Shown here piece after piece: positions 22,534 through 36,976 of a DNA stretch of 64,000 nt. The DNA is from Neodothiora populina (lineage: Eukaryota), in contig NW_027191406.1 in assembly GCF_041146345.1 (NCBI RefSeq), forward strand, positions 186,001 to 250,000, in the 5' to 3' direction. The notes under the pieces are model-generated. The model saw only the letters and a list, made by a program, of their open reading frames with translations. It was not told the DNA's origin and made no database searches. Position 1 is the stretch's first letter; every line of letters starts with the position of its first letter. The position numbers were made by a program, and so were the translations under genes.

Positions 22534-23171
22534 TTTGGCTGATGTCGAAGTGTGTCGAGATGTGTAAGGAAAGTCGTCCTCTGTGATCTCTTCAAAGCCG
22601 TGAAAGTCCAGTGCGAGAGGTGCGCCTCGCTTAATTTCGGGGCTAGACTTTTTCCGACCCTAGTTTGTTGAGTCGCGCCAAGCTTTCCATCTGGATCCTC
22701 TTGCTGCCTCCTGTGTGCCTGTCTTGCACGTCTTCATCTCTTGTTGATTCCGAGTCTGCATTTATCAATGCTAACATATTCAATCATGAAATGCTCGAGG
22801 TTCGCTGATAGATGGCGCAGATGGTAGTTGATAATTTCTATCCTCGAGTCGCATTGTGATGTGTCTTCTGTATTCCATGTACCAGAAAGAAGCCGAGGCG
22901 GTCAAATAATCTAATTTATATGGGGGCATGACGCCAGCGGGACGCTGTACGCATTGGTACAAGCTCCAGACGTCCTCCTCGTCGAACTCCTGCATCCTGA
23001 TCATCTATCTCGATAATTCGCCAGCCAGGCTTGCTGTTCTGGAGCATAGTACATAGGTATTCTTTTCTGGTGCCTAGCTACAGCGTTCTCTGAACACCAA
23101 TATATATATCGAGTCGAGCTTTATCACTGGGTCAAGTCTTGACTTTTGTTGCCTATCAGTAACCACCCATA

Positions 23172-24431
23172 ATGGCTGCTACATCAGATAGAGAATATGA
23201 GATTGTGGTCTTTGGCGCCACGGGATTCACTGGCAAATTGACCTCTGAGCATGTGGTGACCCATCTACCTACAGATCTGAAATGGGCTGTTGCTGGCCGT
23301 TCTGAAGGAAAACTACAGCAGCTGGTAAAGGAGCTTCAAGCCTCCAACCCTGATCGTCTTGCGCCAGGAGTCGAGACTGCAACTCTTGACAAAGAGAGTC
23401 TCAAGAGGCTCGCAGCAAAGACAAAAGTCTTGGTCAGCACAGTTGGTCCCTATCATTTGTATGGTGAAGCCGTCGTAGCAGCATGTGCCGAAGGTGGGAC
23501 TCACTACTTGGATGTGACGGGAGAATCCCCCTGGGTACTCGACATGATCAGAAAATACGACAGCATTGCAAAAGCGAACAACGCCATCATCATCCCTCAG
23601 ATCGGTATCGAATCTGCTCCTGCTGATTTGTTAGCATGGTCAATGGTCACCCATGCGCGACGAACCTTGTCCTCAGGAATCAAGGAGCTGGTTTATTCTG
23701 TGTACGACATGAAGGGCGCCCCAAGCGGAGGCACTCTCGCCACCGCCTTCGGCATCTTCGACGCCTACTCATTCAAGCAGATAATGGATGCCGGAAAGCC
23801 CTTCTCCCTGTCCACGATCCCAGCACCCCCTCAAGCCTCAACCAGCGCCCCACTAGCCCAAAGACTCCTCGGAGTACGAACAGTGCGCGACCTAGGAACT
23901 CTAACAACGAGTCTCCAAGGCGGCGCCGACGCGACCATCGTGCACAGAAGCTGGAGTCTTTTCGACCAAGGCAAATACTACGGACCAGGCTTCATCTTCA
24001 GCCCTTACGTGCACGTGCGCAACTTCCTAACCGGCATCATGGTCCACGCCGCAATCGTCTTCGGCACTCTCTTCCTGCTGCTCTCGCCTGTCCGCTGGCT
24101 CCTCAAGAAACTCGTCTACCAGCCCGGCCAGGGACCCTCGAAACAAGACTCCAAGCACGACCACCTCGAGTATCGCGCGCTCGCCACCGTCGACTCCGAA
24201 GCCGACCCTTCGGACCCAAAGAGAATCACTGCCCGCATGAGATGGGAGGGCGATCTGTATTACCTCACCGGTGTGTTCTTGGCCGAGGGCGCAATCACTC
24301 TCGCGAGAGACGAGACATTCAGAGCACGCGAGATTGGAGGTGGGTTGTTGACGCCTGCGACGCTAGGCGCGCCGTTCTTGGAGAGACTGCAGAAGGCTGG
24401 GTTGGTGGTTGATGTTAGAGTCATGCCTTGA
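23172..24431 (+). CDS. Saccharopine dehydrogenase-like oxidoreductase
   Basis: Intronless 419 aa ORF with IVVFGATGFTGK Rossmann motif, WAVAGRS, STVGPY, HYLDVTGE and GGLLTPA. Confidence 0.92.
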   Translation: MAATSDREYEIVVFGATGFTGKLTSEHVVTHLPTDLKWAVAGRSEGKLQQLVKELQASNPDRLAPGVETATLDKESLKRLAAKTKVLVSTVGPYHLYGEAVVAACAEGGTHYLDVTGESPWVLDMIRKYDSIAKANNAIIIPQIGIESAPADLLAWSMVTHARRTLSSGIKELVYSVYDMKGAPSGGTLATAFGIFDAYSFKQIMDAGKPFSLSTIPAPPQASTSAPLAQRLLGVRTVRDLGTLTTSLQGGADATIVHRSWSLFDQGKYYGPGFIFSPYVHVRNFLTGIMVHAAIVFGTLFLLLSPVRWLLKKLVYQPGQGPSKQDSKHDHLEYRALATVDSEADPSDPKRITARMRWEGDLYYLTGVFLAEGAITLARDETFRAREIGGGLLTPATLGAPFLERLQKAGLVVDVRVMP

Positions 24432-25477
24432 GTTTTTGCTTTTCTGCTTGTTGGCGCGGCGCCACCATCTAGATACATCTTACCTGATTACCTACCTGTC
24501 TCGATATAGCTGAAGAGACCCAAATAAAAACAGAGGGGAGAGAGGGGGGATGATAGGAAGAGAAAGCATATAACCTGCAGTGCTACACCACCAGAACCAC
24601 AAGCCTCGAATATTAATCCTCTAAACGAGTGAAACTTTTCTTATCTTCCTTCCATGATTTCCATAACAAATAATAAGGCCGAAAAGGAGGAGCCAGAGAT
24701 AATGCAAGATATGATTTGTTTTATAAGGATATATATATATAAGGTATGTATGCTATATGCAGTAGACCCCGACCAAAACGCCCCTCCCTGCATGTCAAAC
24801 TTCAATCGTCCGTCCGTTGTTATGTTTATGTATCTGATCAGAATGCAACAACCCTCGCAGAAAAAGTCGTGATGGAATAGCAACAAAAATAGGAGGTTCA
24901 TCGTGCATGCATGTATAATGGTTTGGATGGAGAAATAACACAAAAAAAGACAAAAATGGGGACAGCCATGCATTTTACATTTTCCTAACAACAGCAACAA
25001 CAATAACATCGATAACAAGAAGTGAGGTTCTTCACAGGAAGAAGCCTCACGTATAGGTCGAGACGTACTCGTGCAAGAGTTAACGCTCTTTTCTTCTCTT
25101 CTCTCCATTTTCCCATGCTCGAGCATGAATCCCTCGTGTTTGACGCTTCGTCAGTGCCTTGGACAGCTCTCAAGGTCTGCATGTTTGCTCTAGTATAAGA
25201 AAAAAAGAGATTAGGGTCTGTTACGATTCCCACTTCAATCACAAGATAAAGACGCAGGGCGTAGTGGCTCGTCACTCCAGATGACACTTCTAAGCATCTC
25301 CTGAGATCGCTCTAACCATCAACTTTCTTTCCTAATGACGAACCTCAGAGACATGGTCTCGGGCTCCTTGAGAAGCGTTGCAAGCGTTCGTTTCGCAGTC
25401 ATGTAGCAATGTGACCCTGAATCATCCACAAGAGTGTCTGTCCCGTTTACAAACTTTCAGCACAGAGGTGCCTAGTT

Positions 25478-28400
25478 TCAACCGCCCTTGCGATCAGCCT
25501 CGTTCACAGGTAGAGGCTCGCCTCCAGTCCTTGGGCTGTTTCCGCTCCTCCCGTTCGCCGCAGACTTGTTCTTCTTATGATTCTTTCTGCTAGGCGCTGT
25601 TTGCCATTGACCTGAAGACTGATGTTGCTGTTGGTTCTGTGACTTTGTACCATCAGCACCAGTGTTTGGGCCATGGGGAGCTGTGGAGGCATTTGTCCTC
25701 GACGAGTGGTTGTTCTCCTTCTTATTGTGGGAATGATTCTCAGCGCCCGCCCTGCCATTAACATTGTGGTTCGGCGTTTGAGGCTTACGGTGATGTCCAG
25801 ACCTTGACATGTCAGGTCCGCGGCCCACGCTCGGGGACTCTGTACGTGCTTCCTCGACCGGAGAAAGCACAGGACCGTTCGCATTCTGTGGAGTGGAAAC
25901 CTGTTCGGGAGGAGTATATCGATCTCCATTGGGTGGTGACAAGTTCAGCGGGGCCATGTTACGAGCTCGAGCGATTCTTTCACCTTGCTGTGCAAGTGAC
26001 GCATGACTCATGCTCGAATGGTCATCGCGACGGTCATACGGCTCTTGCCAGTGATTGTTCGAGACGGTTTGCGTTGCCAGTGTCTGTCCGGCAGACGCAT
26101 TCGATGGTCGTATCGTGCTGACTTGCTGCTGCTGCTGCTGTTGCTGTTGATGCTGCGCGAAGCCATTCGTGTAGTTCGATGGGGTGTCCAAAGTTAGGAG
26201 GCGGATCTGCTCATGCAGAGACTTCTCCGAAGCCGCATCGACACCATTACCGACAGGCGTTGTATAGCTTGAGTTCGTCAATGTCGACCCCGTCAAGCTT
26301 GAGGTCCTCGACAATGTGTATCCAGTGTTGGATCCGTTGACAATGACGGGTGCCTGACTCTCGACGGGTCTCGGTGGCTGGGTAGCTTGCTGGGTTGACC
26401 CGGATCTGGTGTTGGTCGACGAAGCTTGACTCCTATCTGGACCCAGCGGTGATGGTGATCGGGACGGATAGCGCAATGCGCTAGAAGCTTGCGGCAGAAC
26501 AAGCTCGGGAGAGATGCGGCGGGAGGCAATCGGTCTGGTAGGTGTGCTCTGTAACGAAGGCACTTTGGACACGTTCCCAGCTTGGTACTGAGGGAGCAAT
26601 TGAGGACTTTGCCCTACATAGTACCCCACGTACTCTTTCGGCATCGCATTGTCCGCATAGACAAATCCGTTCGATTGACGCACCGAGACGTTCGCCTGTA
26701 CCTGCGGATATGTATGCACAGGACGCGAGACCAAGTACGGTGTGCCCAATGCTCCCGAAACATCATAGCCTGGATGGACCAGGCCTTGCAGAGTCAAGGC
26801 ATTCGGGAACGATCTACCTGGTTGCGATTGCGATCTCGGTCCAGAGGATCCATCTGTAACGGAGCCACGATGTACACCTCTTCGTAAAGTAGGCGTGGTA
26901 TTCGACTGAGATGGCGAAGAAGGGCTCGTGGCCGCATCTTCTGTCGTCCGCGATTGCACGAGTGGAGACGGCGGCGGGTATCGTGCTGGATAATGGTACA
27001 ACGAACCTGGAAGGAGCGGTGCGGTATTCGGCGTGTTCTCCAAGAAGCGAGGGCTTTGCGGCGAGGGACCGACATTGGTAAAGGAGGACCTGTGCTGGCG
27101 CGGCGATGCACCAATATCCATACCGCGAATCTGAGCCTGGGCTTGGGCCTGTGCTTGCGCCTGGGCATGTATCTGAGCCTGTGTCTGCTGCTGTTGCAGA
27201 AGCTGATTCCTAAGAGCTTCCTGCTGAGCCTGTAGATACTGATACTGCTTGTACAACTGGTCATGCAATTGGTCCGTAGACATTCGCGTAGTGGCAAAGT
27301 AATCCGCGGGATTCACACTGAGAGGTGGACTCATGACATAGGGTATTCTCTGATTCGCAAAATTGGTCCCACTAGAAGCTCTGCGACTGTTGTTGTTGTT
27401 GTTGTTGTTGCTCCTCTGGTTGGAGCTGTTCCGGCCACTTCTTCCATTATGCTGCGGTCTGGTCTGCCCATTGTTGTTTCGGTTGGTCTGAGAGGCGCTT
27501 CTCCTCAGTACGGGCAGTTTGGGCGTAGGTCTCTGGAACAGTGTGCTTGACTTCTCCTCCGGAGGGAACTCGTATTGCTCGCAACATTTGTCCAGATTGG
27601 TGCCGTCCTGGATGAGGTCAAATGCTCGCCGTATCTCCTTGTGGATGCCAGTCCAGGCATAATCATCTGCAGAGTTTCCCAGGTTCCTAGGTGTATTGAA
27701 GGGCTCCTCGACACATAATGACGATCTCGCCTCCTTGTTGTTCGCCCAATTGCTTGCGTCCCATCCTTTCTCTTTTCGCGGAAGTAGCCTGCCCTCCTTG
27801 ACTGAAACAACGGATGCGCCGTAGTCCACCATGTAGCCATAATGTCGGAAGAAATGGAAGAGAAGCTGCCCCAAGCTCTCCGAGTTGTCTTTGCCAAATG
27901 CGCGCAGCTCATCAAGGTCATCGGCGAAAACAGACGGCTGACCGTCTGCTGTCGTGGACCGAGAATGGGGGATTTTCTGCAGGGAAGGTAATATCGGTGG
28001 TTCTCTGATTTGCAGGAAATTGATGATCATGCAGATCCAGGTGTAAGAGCTGATGGTACCGCCGAAAGCTATGTGGATGGTCAGCCGATGATGACGCATT
28101 GCGGCGAGCAAAAGCAAGCGAGGACTTACCAGCATCGTTCAATATACGTCTTTTCGTCCAGTACTTGATGATCTTGGCAAGAGGCCGTATTCGATCGTCC
28201 ATCTGGACATAGGTTCTGATCATACGCGTATTCTCCAAGGCCAAGGGGTTGTTGACGTTGAGATCACATGCTAGCTGCAATTCAGGATCCCATACCTTCA
28301 CAATGGGCACCTTTGCAGAGGCGCGACACACAACCTTTTCCATGCCATCTAGGGTTCTGGTCAACAAGGGGCGCTTCTCGCGAGCCACGGGCAATCAGGA

Positions 28401-29057
28401 AGGAGAGAAGAACGTACGCTGGTGTAGCAAAGCAGCCAGAGTGTGCATGGATTCGAGCTTCTTCTCGTTAGTCGTGATGCAGACGTCGACGTCAGAGTCG
28501 GTAGAGCTCAAGAGATTTCCAGAAGAGCCAAAGACGTTAACCTTGATCTCGGAAGCAGGCCATTCTTCATTCAGGATCGTCTCGAGTTTCCGGACCAGTG
28601 ATGCTCTCCGGTTTTCGCTTTCATCTGTCGGTAATATTCGGTCGTAGAGCTCTCGCATGTCCCCTGTTAGTTTATCATCCTCGTGTGGGTCGAGATACTT
28701 TTTCGGCTCCTCCTCAGGTGGCGGCAAAGGCTCATTGCCACCCTCTGTGTATATTATCCGTCTCTTTTTGATCTCGGCGCCGATCTCAAACTTGCAGACC
28801 GGAGGCTGTACAAGTCGCGGCGGAGGATGTGCGCCCACGGCTTCTGATGCTATTGACTGCGGTGAATTGGCGCCTAAGGTTTTCGTGGGCGAAGGCGATC
28901 GCGAGGAGAATCTGACGTCGCGGGGATGTTGCAATGGCGTCGAAGGAACGGAGTTGGACTGGTGGCTGCTGAACGGCGGTCGTCCTCTCCTTTGGGCGCC
29001 GTACTGTCTGCTGTTATCTGTAGAATTCGACATGCTCGAGGCTTGCCCGGGCGTCAT
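25478..29057 (-). CDS. Cid1/Cid13-family non-canonical poly(A)/terminal uridylyl nucleotidyltransferase with long Q/S/P-rich tail (introns 28349-28417, 28069-28129; true start may lie upstream)
   Basis: VFGSSGNLLSSTDSDVDVCI, AKVPIVKVWD...CDLNVNN, IKYWTKRRILNDA.FGGTISSY and PAP-associated LCVEEPFNTPRNLGNS. Confidence 0.9.
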
Positions 29058-31483
29058 GAGATGCTTCCAACGAGGTTGGTTGAACAGATATTCCGCATGC
29101 TCATGGGTAAGTTTAGACAGGTTCGCAGATTGCGCCAGAGCGGCGGGATGGTTGTGAAGATGGAGGGGTGTGGTTGCGTGACCAGGCAGAATTGCGCTAC
29201 TTTCTTTCAAAAGACAAAACGGATTCTGTGTAGTCGATGGGGGGGCGACTGATCGGTGTCCCCTTTTTTTTTCAAAAGTCAAGTAAACAGAGTCGTGGGA
29301 AATAAGGTAATTTTGTGGCGACTTGTTAAGTGGTCGTGGCGGTAGTGGTTGCAGTTGCAGTTGCAGTTGCAGTTGTCGTGGCAGTTGCGGCAGTTGCAGC
29401 AGCGACACCAGAGTCAGACAATATGGCAAGAGCCAATATAGAAACCGTATAAATGGGCAAAGTGGGTAATGGGCCGCAGTCAAGGCGTGCAGGATGGATG
29501 GGATGGCTGAGATTCCCGAAAGTCCCAAGAAGTTTAGCAAAGGCGGGCTTGGTGATGTGCAGCAGAAGGTGCAGCAAAGAGATGCAGAGCGACCTGCAGA
29601 AAGAAGCGCCTGTGACACCTTTGAATGAGAATGGGCCTTGGCTCCTTTTCTGCTTGAAGAGTGCTTTCCAGAGTCGACTTTGGATGCAGCTTCCTTATCG
29701 TAAAGAGGGAAGGAAGTATGTGCTGTCGACTTCGGTAGCGGCAGTGGAAATGGCAGTGTCAGTGGCAGTGATTGCACTTGCTGTCTCTCTATGCATGCGG
29801 CAGCAGCAGCGACGAGAGAAAAGCAAAGGGGAGGATGTGGGGAGCAAGACCAGGTCGGTGGTTGCGTGTGCGGCGTTTAATTGCACCAAATTCGAAATGT
29901 TGTCGTTGTTGTTTGCAGGCGGCAAATGGGAATTATCGGCCAGGCACAGGGACACTGTGTGTAGTGGAAAGGGCTGCTAGACTGCTAAAGCGTGGAGCAC
30001 GTCCGATGGCGCTTTCTGTGGCACTGTTACGGTACAGTACAGTACTTGTACAGTAGATGTTCCACCACTACTATTGTGACTTCTAGGCGTTATCTATCTC
30101 TGCGAATGCTGCAAATTCGAACCATGGAACTTCCACTTGCTCGTTCTCGGACTTCGATGTGGACTTGTTTCTAGCCCTTTTGGTAAAAGGAGGGGGGAGG
30201 GAAGATGAATATCAAGAGACGTCCAGTTTGTCTGAAACGGGTTAAAAGGTCATTAACGACACAATCATCAAAAGTCCAGTCAGGTCAATTCAAGCAAGCC
30301 AGCGCCTGCAGCGGCCGAATGACAACCTGGAAGACATCATTCACGCACGGCCCGAACACGGCTTCTTTTCTTTTCTTTGTTTCTTTCTTTCATTGTTCCT
30401 GCTTCCCCCATTCGCGCTTCCGTCCGCCTTTTTTGCCGAACGCTTATCATCTTGCTCTCTGGCTATTGATCTACAGCAGATGTCTGCCTCTGGCTCTCCT
30501 TCGTCCTGCTGCCTTGCTTTTGGGCTCTACAAATTGTCTCGTGCTATATGAAGTATATGTGTCATACGCTACAATTACCAAATGCACTATCAGGCGAACA
30601 ATCGTGACCTTTTTTTTAGCCCATCTGTGTCCGGATATAACGACAATTTCCCCGCCATCGCTAAACGTTGTACTTGTACTTGTACAAAGCTACTCGACTC
30701 GAACAATAAACGACCCAGGCCTGCGTGACCCCCCTTCCCACTAGAACATTGGGATTGACCGATCAGAACACTCTGGTAGCAGATTAAGTAGATTCGCAGA
30801 TACAGCCACTAGACCACGAAAGGTAGGTGAACTCGGGCAAGCACACCTGGAGAAGCCCCAAATGCTGTTCTCACTCTATTGTAATTCTCATATATTAGCT
30901 GCTGTACGGAGTACAGTCTTGTGCAAGGCCGTCCTCTCCCTTTGTGCACGTGTCGCACAGAAGCAACTGCAGTTGCTGCATCATGTGAGGCGATGCCTCC
31001 CTCCGGCATGACCTACTACTCGGACCTCCTTCTCATCTACGGCGTCCAATCAATTCCACGCAACATCTCAAACAGCCACAATTCGCAGGCTTTTTCCGGC
31101 CTTTGTGTCGTGAATGGATTTGGTCGGAAGGAGCATGACCTCTGGCCGAGTCTGCGTCTGCCGACATGGCCTGAACAATGAATCAGCTTACCGCCTTCGA
31201 GGTTTCCGGGGGGCTCATGCAGGAACAGCCGTCAGGTATCACTATCACAGTGGTGAGTCACTTCTTCGGAGAATATCCTATCACCACTCGATGGTCACTT
31301 GGAGGACGGAAGATGTGGACCTTATGCAAGGTTCATATCATTCCTTACGATGCAAGGTCGATACACTGCCTGACCTTGACGTGAGGTCATGCATTACACT
31401 ACTGTCTCACTCGCAATGGACCATAAGCGGCAATATAGCGCAACAAGGGATGTATTTGCATCAACTTGATGTAAACGAATCAA

Positions 31484-32368
31484 TTAAATCTTGCACAATG
31501 ACTGAAGCACCTCTTTGGTCTTGAAGTTGAATTCCTTGACGACTTTGGCGATATCCCTAAACTCACTGATTCCAGCATCGCCCATGCACTCATACATCCA
31601 GCTCTCACTCGTCGTGACCACGGCACCCTCGGCCCTCAACCTGGCGAGCGCGATCGGCACCTCCTCCGTGTTGCAACTGCTCACACCGTCGGCCAGAATG
31701 TAGACTTTATGCCCCTCTCTCAAAAGATCCAGCGTCGTCTGTGTCACGCAGATATGACTCTCGATGCCCACTATGACCACCTCTTTCTTGTCAATCCCAC
31801 CCGATCCATTCGACGCAGACGAAGAAGGTAAAGCATCAAACGCCTTCCTCAGCTCCGGCACCATCATAGAGAAAGCCGTCTTGTCCACATGCGCCACTGT
31901 TTTTATTCCCTCTTTTGTAGCATCGTCGCTCTCGCCATCCAATCCGAGTTCCTTACAGGTTTCTCCTAATTTGGCTCGAGACTGAGTAGTCGCAAACACG
32001 GGTATATTCAGGATCTTGGCGACCTTGAGGATCTTTTGCGTAGTCACAATCACTTGAGAGAAGTTGTAAATTGCGGGGCGGAACTTCTCTTGGAGGTCGC
32101 AGATACTGTATGACCAGAGGGCCGGGGTCAGCAAAGATAGACGTTCAATGGTCTGTCGTCTAGAGTATAATAGAGCAGAGTAGAGTAAAGCAGGAATTGT
32201 TGAACGTACAATATGACCGGATTAGCTGTACACATATCAAAACGTCAGTCCAAAGCAACTGTTTGTCTCTGCTTGTCCATCTCTATCCGATCACTCCCTA
32301 TTCCGTGTCCACGGCAAGGGGTTCAGTGAACTAGACAAGAACATACCTAATCGTCTAGCGACCGCCAT
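31484..32368 (-). CDS. Isochorismatase domain-containing protein (ISOC1/2-like; includes a 16-nt micro-exon)
   Basis: MAVARRLANPVI.ICDLQEKFRPAI, DKTAFSM, GIESHICVTQTTLDLL, TTSES. Confidence 0.92.
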
Positions 32369-33579
32369 CTCGTCTGACTTTCCTACTCTAGACCCAGGGA
32401 CTCCCTGCTAGAGGCAGTCAAAGCCTTGATGACCTCAACTAAGATGCGAAGGCAAGGTATCTTAGGTAGACAGGTCCGACGTGAGCAAGCAATAGATATG
32501 CAGATAAAACAGACGTAGGACCGGCAGACCTGCACAGAAAGACGCCGAGGACTCGAACACAAATTATATCCGACCACAAATAGAAGAGTAAGGTACTGTT
32601 GCACCAGTCACACACAGACTCGAGGAAGGCTCGGTTGCACTAAGTGTCTCCTATCGTATTGTATCAACAAGTGGTGAGATACAGCAGAGTGAGGCGGGTA
32701 ATTGTCCGCACCTTTCCCCTCATTTTGACAATGGATAGATGGATGGATGGATGGGGTTCGACTAGGTACCCTACCCCCACATCTCGTGCTACATTAATTA
32801 CTTACCTTATTTATTTCGTCTCATTACTCCTCGGTTCATATGGGTGTTTCTAAGCTTGATATCTACCTGACCTAGCTTACACAGTTACATTCTGTTATTA
32901 ATGTTAGTGCATCAAACAGAGTATGGAACGACTTGATTACTCTTCTAGCATCCGTGGCTGTTGGTGGGTGGCTTTAGTGACAGAGTGTTGTTCCAAACTT
33001 TACCTTGACCATAGCTACTGTACATGGAGACCCGGGCTTGTATCTTCATATGTCTATGTTGACTCGAATATTGATAGCATATACATGAATCGAGGTCTAT
33101 CGTCTTCCTTTACAACTGGGTGCTCGAGGTTGTGTTCATGAGTCTCAAGAGGTGGCAGAGCAAGAGACAGTCGTCAAAGAACAAAGAACACAAGAGATGG
33201 CCGGACGAATCTATCGAATAGGAATATATCAATGGCACTTTATAGCCAAGAAAAACAAAAGAGGAGTAATAGCAATTGGTGAAGCATTTCAAGTGGTTTC
33301 ACAGGTATATCTTCCCCGTCTTTCTGTGATCCCGTCGTCTTTCACCTCCTCTGTCTCGGTCTGTCACTCTCTCGTCTTTCTCTCTCTTGTACTCATAAGT
33401 AGAGACAAGGAGAAATATCGTGGCGCAATGCTACAAGAGAAATAACTCCCTCGTGGGTCGAAAGGCAAAAGAAAAGAGTTTCCTGATCGCGACCGGCAAC
33501 ACCTTCTCCTCCTTTTGACACCGCATGCTTCACGTTTTCGTAATGCCGTATGTATTTGTTTGCAGATTTGATCGTCTGC

Positions 33580-34538
<959 letters not shown>

Positions 34539-35659
34539 TGTATCGCTGGTGGGAAATTCACAAGAGGAAAGACTGAGGCAAGTTGGACGAGTATATTCCG
34601 AGGCTCAGCCTAAAGAATACACTGGTATTATAAGTGTTATCGTAGAGTGGTGGGAGGAAAGAGGGGAGATGGGTGAAAGTTGCAAGTAGGTAAGTTGATA
34701 GGAATTTGGGGTGTACAACAGTTGGCAGCGATTGATGTTGACGCCTGGCCTGGCGTGGGCCACGAATGTGCCGTGCGCTGCTCTCCATCTCTCTGTCTCT
34801 CTGTCTCTGTCTCTCTCACACAAAGCCTCAAGTATCACACAACCTGTGCGCCACAGCACTAGTACCACTATCATCATCATCTAAAACTTCCACGCTTCTG
34901 TCCTTGACACTCAATTTACTTTCTCAAGAAAGCAGCTGTGCTTGGGCGGGGCCGGATCTAGTGCCCTGTGTACTTGTAGCTCAAACCTCGACCTCTGCCG
35001 TGCTCAGCAAAGTTCAATGCCTGGAACAGTGGCATGTGCGTGCCCTGTCCTGCCTGTGCCCTGTGCGATTCCTTCTCTGACCCTTTCAAAGTACGTTTCT
35101 ATTCGCGATGAGGCAGGGGAAAGGCACAAGTAGACGTCAGGTTGCAGATCAAACCGAACAAACGACAGATTGGACAAGGCCTTAATACCTTGTGTTTCTC
35201 GTGTCTTCAGTCGTGCGTGTCTTTCTGTCCGAGGTGTGTAGTGGAACTGTCTGTGTGAAAGTAAGGTAAGGTATGTGAAGCATCAGGTAAAGCTCTCTCC
35301 TGCTTGCTGTTCTTGTTGTAGCTTGGCAGACATGTGCACTACTGTCTACTGTCACTTACTGTGGCTGATGCCTTACTTTGCCTTTATTAACCCGGTGGAA
35401 GTCATGTCTGCTTTACTCGTACATCGGCTCTGAGGCATCCGTGGTATCTTGACCCTTCCACCTTATCGTTACATTTGTACGCATCACATACCTCTCGACA
35501 AACGAAATATACATCTGCATATCTCACCCTGCCCATCCCTCCTCAATCAACCTCCAACACACAACTTGTTTCCGTTAGATGATCGCATGAGCTAAGACCA
35601 CATGATGAGAGTGCTGTTGAGTTCTATGCTGTATTCAACCCATCCATAGATCCCGCGCA

Positions 35660-36976
35660 ATGTGGCGCGATAGAACCAACCTGTAAAGACCAGTCCGCCC
35701 TGGCGTATGACACACAAACTGATGTTCAGCGCAGCTTTATCTCATATCGCCAGTCCTACTCGCACCATCCTACAGGCAGATCCCATGTAGGAGCATCGGC
35801 AGCCTTTGGCGACAATGGCTCGGTCGCAGAGGAACGGCGAGGCCTCATGTCCGCTGGCGCCTTCGACCACGACGGAGATGCCGTCATTGAAATGGACGTC
35901 TTGCCTCCGCGATGGCTGGACATCCAAGACGAAGTCACCGAGTGGCTCGACTCGATATCGAAACTCATGAGGAAGCTCGAACAACTGCACCAGAAACACG
36001 TGCTTCCTGGATTCGATGACGACGCTGTCAAGCAGAGGGAGGAGCGCGAGATTGATGCCATGACGTCCGAGATCACCAGGGGGTTCCAGACCTGCCAGAA
36101 GGCCATCAAGCGGATAGACAGGATGGTCAGGGATGCCAAGCAGAACGGCGGTATCGCCTCGGGAGAAGAGACCATGGCCAACAACCTCAAGATATCTCTC
36201 GCCACAAGAGTCGGCGACGTGAGCGCTCTGTTCCGCAAGAAGCAGACGGCGTACATGAAGAGTGAGTTTTGGCTCGTGACACTGATGCCGCCAAGCGACC
36301 GACTAACTCAAGACTCACAGAGCTACGGCAGCTGGGAGGCATGAACACGCCCTTGGACGGCACATCGACCCCGATCCCACAAAACCCATACACCGATCCG
36401 TCCCTGATGGACTCGGAAATGGATCGAACATCCGCACAGTCGACTCTGCTGCAACAGAAGCAACTGGCAAAACAGCGCTCGACGGGGCTCCACGACACGA
36501 CGATCGCGCAACGAGAACGAGAAATCGAACAGATCGCCCAGGGCATCATCGACCTGTCCAACATCTTCCAAGAACTGCAGACCATGGTCATCGATCAGGG
36601 CACCATGCTGGACCGCGTCGACTACAACGTCGAGCGCATGGCGACGGATGTCAAGGAGGCGGACAAGGAGCTCAAGGTGGCCACCACATACCAGAAGAAG
36701 ACGACCAAGCGCAAGATTCTGCTGTTGTTGGTTCTGCTGGTTGTGGGCATGTTTATCTTGTTGCTTGTCAAGCCGAAGCACAGAGGGGGACAGGGCACGC
36801 CCATGGCGAGGCCTCCCGTGGCCGATGCGCCAGCCGTGGAGGATCCGCCGCCTGCTGATGCTCCGTTCAGGGTCAGGAGGGAACTTTGGCTCGATGGGGC
36901 GGCGAGGAAGATGAAGAGGGATTGGCGCAGGCGGAAAAGAAGATGGTCGTTTGCTGAGCTTGTTGGGAGTCTATAG
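35660..36976 (+). CDS. TLG2: Syntaxin-16/Tlg2 t-SNARE (3 exons)
   Basis: MWRDRTNL N-peptide, LPPRWLD, HVLPGFDD, SNARE motif QREREIEQIAQGIIDLSNIFQELQTMVIDQGTMLDRVDYNVE and a TM helix. Confidence 0.95.

Noticed and set aside
30205..31524. Several 70-180 aa plus-strand ORFs after a pyrimidine-rich tract
   Set aside because: No domain or consistent exon chain; probably promoter DNA or a non-coding transcript.
34548..34559. GGTGGGAAATTC, similar to fungal RNase P CR-I
   Set aside because: It lies antisense within the calmodulin 5' UTR, the match ends abruptly, and no CR-V partner was found.
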